NCBI GenBank assembly: GCA_031361905.1
Contig: JANLRV010000121.1
Coordinates: 9,545-73,544 of the forward strand
DNA length: 64,000 nt
From: Actinomycetes bacterium
GTDB lineage: Bacteria > Actinomycetota > Thermoleophilia > Gaiellales > JALYLC01
Direction: 5' to 3'
In this document: positions 17,958 through 25,277 of the stretch, in pieces
Numbering within the stretch: the stretch's first letter is position 1
How the letters are laid out: each line of letters opens with the position of its first letter
Translations under genes and position numbers: made by a program
Notes under the pieces: model-generated
Database searches by the model: none
Seen by the model: the letters and a program-made list of their open reading frames with translations, nothing else
What the model was told of the DNA's origin: nothing

Positions 17958-18472
17958 CAGACGCCCCACTCGGCGTCGGTGATCGGGAAGAGGTCTTGCA
18001 CCTGCTCGGCGCCGCGACGGTAGACCATCATCGTGCGCCGGAACTCGATCACGACCTCGCGACGCTGGTTGATTCCGCGCGAGCGGATCCCGACGATGCC
18101 GGCGTAGGGGCGCGAGGCCGACTCGCGCAGCTCGAGCACCTCCGACTCACACCACAGGGTGTCGCCGGCGAAGACCGGCTTCGGCAGCCTGATGTCGTCC
18201 CAGGCGAGGTTCGCCATCGCGTTCTCGGAGACGTCGGTGACCGACAGCCCGGTCACGAGCGAGAGCGTGAACGCGCTGTTGACGAGCGGCTTTCCGAACG
18301 GCGAGCGCTCGCCGAACGGCGTGTTGAAGTGCGACTGGTTCGTGTTCATCGTGAGGTTCGTGAACCAGATGTTGTCGGTCTCGGTGATCGTGCGACCGAG
18401 CCGGCTCCGGTAGATGTCGCCGACCGTGTAGTCCTCGAAGAACCGGCCCTGCCAGCCCGTCACAACGCCCAT
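17957..18472 (-). CDS. MaoC-family (R-specific) enoyl-CoA hydratase/dehydratase
   Basis: 171 aa with hot-dog-fold MaoC-like sequence (..ITETDNIWFTNLTMNTNQSHFN..). SD GGAAGGTG. Confidence 0.8.
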   Translation of the reverse strand: MGVVTGWQGRFFEDYTVGDIYRSRLGRTITETDNIWFTNLTMNTNQSHFNTPFGERSPFGKPLVNSAFTLSLVTGLSVTDVSENAMANLAWDDIRLPKPVFAGDTLWCESEVLELRESASRPYAGIVGIRSRGINQRREVVIEFRRTMMVYRRGAEQVQDLFPITDAEWGV

Positions 18473-18479
18473 GGCACAC

Positions 18480-18502
18480 CTTCCGGATTACGTCAGACCA
18501 AT
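18480..18502 (+). promoter_or_regulatory. degenerate copy C of the operator-like motif
   Basis: CTTCCGGATTACGTCAGACCAAT shares the TCCG..ACGTCnGACC core with copies A and B. It starts 8 nt from the maoC start codon, in the divergent gap to the GST gene. Confidence 0.3.
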
Positions 18503-18604
18503 GCAGGAGTGTACCGCGTGCGCCAGCGCGCGCAGGCGGTGACGAGATCGGGGCGGGCGGGACGGCTTGACCGTACGATCCCTGAATTCGACCCAGGAGA
18601 TCCG

Positions 18605-19243
18605 ATGTCGCTCGTCGTCCACTCGAACCCGCACTCGTCCAACGCGCAGAAGGTGCTCTTCCTGCTCGCAGAGCTGGGTCTCGAGGCCGAGATCCGCACC
18701 GTGCCGCTCGCCAACCCCCGGCCGGACTGGCACCTGGCGGTCAACCCGCTCGGCGGGATTCCCGCGATCGTGCTCGACGGCTTCGAGCTCGCCGAGTCGA
18801 ACACCGTGCTGCGCTTCCTGGCGACGCGCGCGGAGAGCGACGAGCTCTACCCCACCGCCCTGCAGGACCGGGCGACCGTCGACTGGCGGCTCGACGCGCT
18901 CGCCACGTTCCTGCGGCCGGCGCTCTTTCCGATCGAGGTCGCGGCGTTCGGCCTGCGGCCCGGCCTCGGCCTCGGCGCCGCCCCGCCGGATCTCGACGAT
19001 GCGCGCGCGAAGTTCGCCGACGCGCTCCCCAAGCTGAAGCAGTTCGAACGCCTGCTCGACGCCACCTCGCCGTGGGCCTGCTGCGGGCGCTTCACGATCG
19101 CGGACATCGCCGCCACGCCCGTGCTCTATCGCCTGCTGCGCTGCGGCGTCGCGCTCGATGAGATCCCGCGCATCGTCGACTGGGCGACGGCCTGCTCGGG
19201 GCGTCCGGCGTGGGCCACGGTCGCGGCGACGGCGGGCGTCTGA
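18605..19243 (+). CDS. glutathione S-transferase family protein
   Basis: ATG 18605 after AGGAGA. Thioredoxin-like N-domain (..SSNAQKVLFLLAELGLEAE..GGIPAIVLDGFELAESNTVLRFL..). Confidence 0.8.
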   Translation: MSLVVHSNPHSSNAQKVLFLLAELGLEAEIRTVPLANPRPDWHLAVNPLGGIPAIVLDGFELAESNTVLRFLATRAESDELYPTALQDRATVDWRLDALATFLRPALFPIEVAAFGLRPGLGLGAAPPDLDDARAKFADALPKLKQFERLLDATSPWACCGRFTIADIAATPVLYRLLRCGVALDEIPRIVDWATACSGRPAWATVAATAGV

Positions 19244-20082
19244 TGCGCGTCGGGCTGGTCGTGCCGCAGAACGAGCTCGGCGTCGATCCGGGTGCGCTGC
19301 GCGAGCTCGCGCAGGGCGCGGAGCACGCCGGGTTCTCCCACCTGCTCGTCTTCGATCACGTCGTCGGCCGCTCCTACGATCCCGACGACTACGCGGGCAG
19401 GCCGTGGCGCGAGCCGCTGCTCGTGCTCGCCTTCCTCGCCGCGCTGACGACGCGCATCGAGCTCGCGACGGGAATCGTGATCGCGCCGCAGCGCCAGACG
19501 GCGCTGCTCGCGAAGCAGGTCGCCGAGCTCGAGCTGCTCTCCGCCGGCCGCCTGCGGCTCGGCCTGGGCGTCGGCTGGAACCCGCAGGAGTACGCCGCGC
19601 TCGGCCAGGACTTCGCCACGCGCGGGAAGCGCCTCGACGCGCAGATCCCGCTCTTGCGGCAGCTCTGGGAGGAGCCCGCCGTCGAGGCCGAGCTGGGGGC
19701 GGAGCGGCTCGAGCGCGTCGGCCTCAACCCGCTGCCGCCGCGGCGCATCCCGCTCTGGTTCGGCGGCAAGGGCCCGGCTGCGATCCGGCGCGCGGTCGCG
19801 CACGGCGAAGGCGTGATGCTAACGGTGCCGACGAGCGCCGAGTATCCCCGCGTGCGGGCAGAGCTCGACGCAGCCGCGACCGCAGTCGGCCGCTCGGCGG
19901 ACGAGCTCGGCGTCGAGGTCTGGATCAACGCCTGCGACCTGCCGGAGGGCGAGTGGGCCGAGGAGATCGAGCGCTACCGCTCCCTCGGCGCCTCCCACCT
20001 CAGCGTGATGCTGACCGGAGCGACGCCATCGACGCCGGCGGAGCTGCTCGAGCGGGCCGCGGCGGTGGCTCAAAGGCTGTGA
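19243..20082 (+). CDS. LLM-class (luciferase-like) flavin/F420-dependent oxidoreductase
   Basis: MRVGLVVPQNELGVDPGALRELAQGAEHAGFSHLLVFDHV.. is typical of LLM proteins. The ATG shares one base with the GST stop (TGATG). Confidence 0.8.
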   Translation: MRVGLVVPQNELGVDPGALRELAQGAEHAGFSHLLVFDHVVGRSYDPDDYAGRPWREPLLVLAFLAALTTRIELATGIVIAPQRQTALLAKQVAELELLSAGRLRLGLGVGWNPQEYAALGQDFATRGKRLDAQIPLLRQLWEEPAVEAELGAERLERVGLNPLPPRRIPLWFGGKGPAAIRRAVAHGEGVMLTVPTSAEYPRVRAELDAAATAVGRSADELGVEVWINACDLPEGEWAEEIERYRSLGASHLSVMLTGATPSTPAELLERAAAVAQRL

Positions 20083-20258
20083 GCTTAAGAAGCTCTAACA
20101 GAATGCCTCGCGGCGTCTGGCGGCGTCCCGCCGGCGCCTGTCGTGTGATCGCCTCTTGCGGTTCCGTTTGGCATAGGAGCCGCTTCGAGGCCATCACACG
20201 ACAGGCTTGCGAGCCACTCGCCAGCCGCTCACGAATCATTCTGTTAGACCTTCTAAGC
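20083..20258. repeat. 176-bp imperfect palindromic repeat element (MITE/REP-like)
   Basis: Termini gcttaagaagctctaacagaatg and cattctgttagaccttctaagc are inverted copies. The arms pair imperfectly along their whole length (for example cctgtcgtgtgatcgcctc / gaggccatcacacgacagg). It fills the LLM-PPOX intergenic gap. Confidence 0.7.
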
Positions 20259-20308
20259 GGCTACGCGCAGCCGCGATACCGTTGCCGCGACGTCGACCGG
20301 AGGCACCC

Positions 20309-20785
20309 ATGAGCAACAGATCGACCGCGACCGCCGAGAACGCCCTCGACCAGTCGGAGATCGACGAGTACCTGAACCGCAGGATCATGGCGCGCATGGC
20401 GACGCAGCGCGCGGATGGCTACCCGCACCTGACGCCGATCTGGTTCGTCTGGGAGAACGGTCGCTTCCTGCACACGCTCGGTGCCGGCCGCGTGCACCTC
20501 GCGAATCTCGCGCGCGATCCCAAGATGAGCCTCGTGATCGACGAGGACTACCGCCTCGCGGACGGCCTCGGCGCGGGCGCGCGCTCGATCACCGTCCGTG
20601 GCGATGCAGAGCTGTCGCAGGACCCGGCGTTGATCCATGACGTGACCTACAAGGCGCTCGTGAAGTACCTCGGCGAGGAGGACGCGAAGCTCTACACCGA
20701 GCCGATCATGGCCGAGGGGCGCACGATCGTGACCATGACGCCGACCGCGTGGGTGACCTGGGACTACCGCAAGGGCGACGAGTAA
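20309..20785 (+). CDS. pyridoxamine 5'-phosphate oxidase family (PPOX-class, probably F420/FMN-binding) protein
   Basis: ATG 20309 after GGAGG. ..RIMARMATQRADGYPHLTPIWFVWENGRF.. is the typical PPOX split-barrel opening. Confidence 0.75.
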   Translation: MSNRSTATAENALDQSEIDEYLNRRIMARMATQRADGYPHLTPIWFVWENGRFLHTLGAGRVHLANLARDPKMSLVIDEDYRLADGLGAGARSITVRGDAELSQDPALIHDVTYKALVKYLGEEDAKLYTEPIMAEGRTIVTMTPTAWVTWDYRKGDE

Positions 20786-20838
20786 ACATCCGAATCGGAG
20801 TGACGGGACTCGGCACTTCGAGGACTGAGAAGCCAAGA

Positions 20839-21306
20839 ATGGATCACGAAGAGCAGGTAGCTCAAGCAGGAATTCCGGCGGCCGCAGCGGCCGCCGGGGC
20901 ATCAGCCGACAAGGAGCTTGAGACCCTCGGGGTTCGCGGAATCCTCCGGCAGCTTGCCCGGCACGGCCAGCTCGTCAAGGTTCGCTGCGAAATGCCGCAG
21001 TGCTACTGCTCCCGGGGTCGTAGCCACTTCGATCAGAGCTCGCCGCCTGCCAAGTGGTCGCCGACGGCCGACCACTATCCGAAGCTCAAGATGCACGGAG
21101 GTCACCTCAAGCCGGAGAACGTCCGGCTCGCGCATCGGCTCTGCAACCAACGTGACTACCTGTGGCGGGTGAAGATCAACCCGATGCTCGCCAAACGGAT
21201 GTCGCTGGAGGAGATCGCCGCAAAGCTAAACGCGCAGAAGGTTCCGCCGATCCACGGCACGAACTGTTGGACGGCTTCCTCCGTTCGGAATGCATTCGTT
21301 TCCTAG
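20839..21306 (+). CDS. small HNH nuclease-motif protein with C-terminal recombinase-like HTH segment
   Basis: CEMPQCYC..ADHYPKLKMHGGHLKPENVRLAHRLCN fits an HNH pattern (Cys pair, DH, N, HxxCN). The C-terminal SLEEIAAKLNAQKVPPIHGTNCWTASSVRNAF resembles the recombinase-domain helix region of serine recombinases. About 60% GC in a hand count of 21121-21300. Confidence 0.55.
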   Translation: MDHEEQVAQAGIPAAAAAAGASADKELETLGVRGILRQLARHGQLVKVRCEMPQCYCSRGRSHFDQSSPPAKWSPTADHYPKLKMHGGHLKPENVRLAHRLCNQRDYLWRVKINPMLAKRMSLEEIAAKLNAQKVPPIHGTNCWTASSVRNAFVS

Positions 21307-21330
21307 AGAAGCGGCACATCCGCCAGACGC

Positions 21331-22098
21331 TCAATTGCACGGCTGGGTAGCCGCGATCTCATACGACCGCCGCTCGACCGGCGCCGCGAGGATCCGCGCC
21401 GCGCAGTCGGCGTCGTCCGTGTAGCCCGTCAGCGGCACGACGCGCACGGGCACGTCGACCGTCACGGGCTCGCGCACGAGGGGGTAGGGCCGCAGCGAGC
21501 AGCCGTCGACGGTGGGCTCGACAGCGAGCTCGCCGCCGTCGGGCAGGGCGATGCGCATGCTGCCTGTGCCCGCCGGATCGCCCTTGCAGAGCCACAGCGA
21601 GAGACGATCGAAGACCTGCAGCAGCACGTAGTTTCGCCAGAACTCCTCGTCGGAGACGCCGAGCTCGCGCTGCAACGCCTCGAAGCGCTGCTCGATCCCG
21701 GCGACGAACTCGTCGACCTTCGCCTGCGCCGCCGGGGCGCGCGAGATCTGCAGGGCGGCCTGCGTGCCGTAGCGCTTCCGGTAGATGCCGGCCAGATGCT
21801 TGGCCACCAGCATCCCGGCGTAGCGATCCTGCGCGGTGACCTCGGTGATCGCCATCTCATAGAACCGCAGGTGCAGGTCGATGTCGACGTTGAGGAAGTT
21901 CTCCGGTCGCCCGCTCTCGGGATCGAGCCGCGGCGACGCCTCCCACGACCGCCAGCCGCAGTCGTGAAGCGCCGCCGCAGTGAGCATGGACGCGCGCGGC
22001 TCGAGGCCGACCCAAAGCTCCGCGAGCTCTCCGGCCACGAGCGAGTGGTCGACCTGCATGACGATCTCGGCGTTGTCGCCGACGGCATGCACGATCAT
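21331..22098 (-). CDS. DUF3891 family protein
   Basis: 255 aa. Family assignment is from memory of DUF3891-like sequences (..HSLVAGELAELW..AALHDCGW..). ATGA overlap with the upstream SDR stop. Confidence 0.55.
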   Translation of the reverse strand: MIVHAVGDNAEIVMQVDHSLVAGELAELWVGLEPRASMLTAAALHDCGWRSWEASPRLDPESGRPENFLNVDIDLHLRFYEMAITEVTAQDRYAGMLVAKHLAGIYRKRYGTQAALQISRAPAAQAKVDEFVAGIEQRFEALQRELGVSDEEFWRNYVLLQVFDRLSLWLCKGDPAGTGSMRIALPDGGELAVEPTVDGCSLRPYPLVREPVTVDVPVRVVPLTGYTDDADCAARILAAPVERRSYEIAATQPCN

Positions 22099-22826
22099 CG
22101 GATGATGTACCCGCCGTCGACGACGAGCGCCGCACCCATCGTCGAGCTCGCGCCCGGTCCGGCCAGGTAGGCGACCGCATCGGCGACCTCCTCGGCCGTG
22201 ACGAGGCGGGAGTGCAGCTGCATCGCCTCATAGACCTTCCGCTCGGCCGCCGGGTCGGCCGCACCGCCGAAGTACGGCTCGAGCAGCGGCGTGTCGGTCG
22301 GCCCGGGACAGACGCAGTTGACGCGAATGCCCTCGGCGCCGTGATCGACCGCCATCGCGCGCGTGAGCTGGATCACGCCGCCCTTCGAGGCGCAGTACGC
22401 GGCGGCGCCGGCCGCCGCGACAAGCCCGAGCTGGGAGGCGATGTTGACGATCGCGCCGCCGCCCGCGGCTCTCAGGTGCGGGATCGCCGCGCGGCCGGTC
22501 AGGTAGACGCCCCGCAGGTTCACGGCGAGCACGCGATCCCAGTCGGCGGGGTCGGTGTCGGCCACGGTGCCACGCGCGGCGATGCCCGCCGATGCGACCA
22601 CCACGTCGAGCCCGCCGAGCTCCGAGGCCGCTCGGGCGACGGCGGCCGCGAGCGCATCGGCGTCGGTCACATCACAGGGCAGCGTGACCTCGGCCGGGCT
22701 CGTCGCGAGCAGCCCCGCCGCATCGCGGTCGAGCACCGCCACCTTGCATCCGTCCGCCTGGAACCGTTGGACGCACGCGGCGCCGATGCCCGACGCGCCT
22801 CCAGTGATCAGCACTCGCCGTCCCAT
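22095..22826 (-). CDS. SDR family oxidoreductase
   Basis: ATG 22826. MGRRVLITGGASGIGAAC (TGxxxGxG) and YCASKGG (YxxxK). The SD GGAGGAG lies in the end of the upstream gene. Confidence 0.9.
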   Translation of the reverse strand: MGRRVLITGGASGIGAACVQRFQADGCKVAVLDRDAAGLLATSPAEVTLPCDVTDADALAAAVARAASELGGLDVVVASAGIAARGTVADTDPADWDRVLAVNLRGVYLTGRAAIPHLRAAGGGAIVNIASQLGLVAAAGAAAYCASKGGVIQLTRAMAVDHGAEGIRVNCVCPGPTDTPLLEPYFGGAADPAAERKVYEAMQLHSRLVTAEEVADAVAYLAGPGASSTMGAALVVDGGYIIR

Positions 22827-22831
22827 CGTCC

Positions 22832-23581
22832 TCACTCCTCCATCGACAGACCGAACAGGGCCAACGCGTTTCCACCGAGCACCGCCGCCCGCTCGCAATC
22901 ATCCATCCTGGCTCGGCGCACGCGCTCGAGCTCGTAGCCGAGGTCGAAGACCGGCGCGCAGGACCCGTACAGCAACCGGGAGGCGCCGAACTGCTCGACG
23001 CAGCCCTCAAGCCAGTCCTGCCGGTACATCCCGGCCGAGAGCGCGCAGAGGTTCGGCGCGGCCGCGAGGGCGAGGTCGGCGGACTGCTGCGCGAGACCGG
23101 CCATGTTGACCTGGCCCCCGCGCGTCATCACGACGGTCCCATCGACCCGGCGCGCGAGGTCCGCCAGCGAGAGCGCCTCGGCGACGAGCGGATGTCCCGC
23201 CTCGACGACGACCGGATAGCCGCGAGCGGCGGCCTGTGACGCGAGCGCGACAGCGCGCGGGTGATTCGCAGGGAACGTCTCCTCCCACGGGTGCAGCAGC
23301 AGGCCGCGCACGCCGGGATGCTCGAGCAGCCAGGCGAGGCGATCCGAGGCGTCCTGGCGCCACGGGTCGAGCCGCGCGAGGCAGACCGCCCGGCCACCGG
23401 TCCGACCGCATGCGCGAGCGAGCTCCTTGCTGGCCCGCGCGAGGTCATAGTCCGGCGGCTTCGCAGGCGCGACGACGAGCCGGTCGACCCCGGCGATTCG
23501 CACCTCGGCGAGCAGGCTTCCGACCGAGCGCCCCCCGCCGTAGAGGCTCTCGCCGGCGTAGACGAGCGCGTCGACGATCAC
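22832..23581 (-). CDS. amidohydrolase-2 (TIM-barrel metal-dependent hydrolase) family protein
   Basis: GTG 23581 shares GTGA with the upstream stop. 249 aa, VIVDALVYAGE..LLLHPWEE..MTRGG... The 1052-aa ORF in the track is a read-through artefact. Confidence 0.7.
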   Translation of the reverse strand: MIVDALVYAGESLYGGGRSVGSLLAEVRIAGVDRLVVAPAKPPDYDLARASKELARACGRTGGRAVCLARLDPWRQDASDRLAWLLEHPGVRGLLLHPWEETFPANHPRAVALASQAAARGYPVVVEAGHPLVAEALSLADLARRVDGTVVMTRGGQVNMAGLAQQSADLALAAAPNLCALSAGMYRQDWLEGCVEQFGASRLLYGSCAPVFDLGYELERVRRARMDDCERAAVLGGNALALFGLSMEE

Positions 23582-24330
23582 CGCTCGACCCGATCGATCA
23601 GCCGGCGCTGGTTCTCGTAGAGCACCTTGCGCAGGTCGGCCGGGCCGAGGCACGCGCGTCGGACCTTCTCGAGCTCGATCGCCGGCGGGCAGCCCGGACC
23701 GTCGGAGCCGAAGATCACGCGCTCGGCGCCGACGCGACGCACCGCCTCGCCGATCAGGTCCGGATAGGGGCATCCCGACGTCTCGAGGATCACGTTCTCG
23801 CAGCGCTCGGCGACCGCCAGCGCATCGGCGCCGTGATAGTACGCGCCCATGTGCCCGAACACGATCGTCGCCTCGGGCACCCGGATCGCGGCCTGCTCGA
23901 GCTCGAGCGGCGTGCAGAACGGATCGTCGCCGCAGTGGATCAGCGTCGGCGCGCCAAGCCGAGCCGCCACCCGGATCAGGCGCAGAGAGCTCTCGTCCGC
24001 GGGATGCGAGATCGTCGTCACGGGGTGCAGCTTGAGCCCTACGAAGCGGAGCTCGCGGATCGCCCGCACGAGTAGCCGCTCGGCCTCGTCGCCGTACCAC
24101 GGGTGGATACGGGCATACGCCTCGAAGCGCCCGGGGTACTGCGCGCAGACATCCGCGATCATCTCGAGCGCGGTCGGGTTGACCTCGGGCGCGTCGGTGA
24201 TCGTCATGATCACGGCGGTCTGCACGCCCGCGGCGTCGAGCTGCTCGATCGCGAGCTCGGCTGGCATGTGCCAGCCGAGCGCCGGCACGTCGTCGACGTG
24301 GAAGTGGGCATCGATCACAGGCTCGAGCAC
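23578..24330 (-). CDS. amidohydrolase-2 family protein
   Basis: 250 aa. The MLEPVIDAHFHV opening (HxH metal site) and ..LKLHP.. and ..FGHMG.. are typical. Confidence 0.8.
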   Translation of the reverse strand: MLEPVIDAHFHVDDVPALGWHMPAELAIEQLDAAGVQTAVIMTITDAPEVNPTALEMIADVCAQYPGRFEAYARIHPWYGDEAERLLVRAIRELRFVGLKLHPVTTISHPADESSLRLIRVAARLGAPTLIHCGDDPFCTPLELEQAAIRVPEATIVFGHMGAYYHGADALAVAERCENVILETSGCPYPDLIGEAVRRVGAERVIFGSDGPGCPPAIELEKVRRACLGPADLRKVLYENQRRLIDRVER

Positions 24331-24354
24331 GTGCCGACCCTACTCCGAGTACCG

Positions 24355-24387
24355 CTCCGTGAAAAGTCAGACGTAGGCAGCTATGCT
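24355..24387 (+). promoter_or_regulatory. copy D of operator-like motif (24355-24377) overlapping a candidate promoter (-10 TATGCT, 24382-24387)
   Basis: CTCCGTGAAAAGTCAGACGTAGG followed by cagcTATGCT. Lies in the divergent gap between the amidohydrolase operon and the alpha/beta hydrolase. Confidence 0.4.
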
Positions 24388-24418
24388 CGCGGCGCCCACC
24401 TGAGCTCCGGAGATCGCC

Positions 24419-25255
24419 ATGCCCTACGCCACCCTGCCCGACGGGATCCGCCTGTACTACGAGTTCACCGGCCCCGAGGACAAGCCGGTGATCCTCCAGT
24501 TCGGGGGATCGCTGTTCGGACGGCAGAACTTCGGCATGGTCAATGACGGCTTCCGCGAGAGCTTCCGCCTGCTCTCGTTCGACGCGCGCGGCTACGGCCG
24601 CTCGGATGTGCCAAGCGAGAAGTACACCATCGAGGGCTGGGCCGACGACGGAGCCGCGCTGCTCGACGCCGTCGGGCTCGAGCGGGTGCTCGTGCACGGC
24701 ACCTCGATGGGCGGGATGATCGCGCTCGCCTTCGCCTGCAAGCACCCCGCGCGCTGCATCGCGGCCTGCCCCGACGTCGCGTTCGCCCGCCCGGACGTGC
24801 ATCGCAAGGCGATCTTCCGCTTCTGGCGGCGCTGCGCCGAGACGATGAGCTGGGACGACTTCGCCGACCACGTGACCACGCAGGCCGTCGGGTGCCACCA
24901 CCTCGAGAAGCCCGAGGGCGAGAACACCTTCGAGATGGTGCGCGAGATCACGCGGCTGAACTCGACGTTCACCGTGCGGCAGGCGTGCCTCGCGATGGAG
25001 GAGATGGACCTCGAGCCGCTCGTCCGCACGCTCGAGCGCCCGATCCTGATGACGAACGGGACCTACGACATGCTCTGCCCGCCGGTGCTCGCGAAGTCGG
25101 GCTTCTCGGCCCGCCAGATCGCCGAGCTGAAGCCCCAGCTCGCCCGGCTGCAGGAGTTCCCCGAGATCGGTCACGCGGATCTCCTCGAGTGCCCCGACGA
25201 GGCGGTCGAGATCGTCACCGCGTTCTTCCACGAGGTGCTCGCGCGCGAGCAGTAA
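24419..25255 (+). CDS. alpha/beta-fold hydrolase
   Basis: 278 aa with nucleophile elbow HGTSMGG (GxSxG). SD GGAGA. Confidence 0.85.
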   Translation: MPYATLPDGIRLYYEFTGPEDKPVILQFGGSLFGRQNFGMVNDGFRESFRLLSFDARGYGRSDVPSEKYTIEGWADDGAALLDAVGLERVLVHGTSMGGMIALAFACKHPARCIAACPDVAFARPDVHRKAIFRFWRRCAETMSWDDFADHVTTQAVGCHHLEKPEGENTFEMVREITRLNSTFTVRQACLAMEEMDLEPLVRTLERPILMTNGTYDMLCPPVLAKSGFSARQIAELKPQLARLQEFPEIGHADLLECPDEAVEIVTAFFHEVLAREQ

Positions 25256-25275
25256 GAAGCTGTGAGAGCTTCTTA
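25253..25275. terminator. perfect 9-bp stem / 5-nt loop hairpin between convergent genes
   Basis: TAAGAAGCT-gtgag-AGCTTCTTA, starting in the hydrolase stop codon. It shares CTTAAGAAGCT with the terminus of the 20083-20258 element. Confidence 0.5.
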
Positions 25276-25277
25276 AG

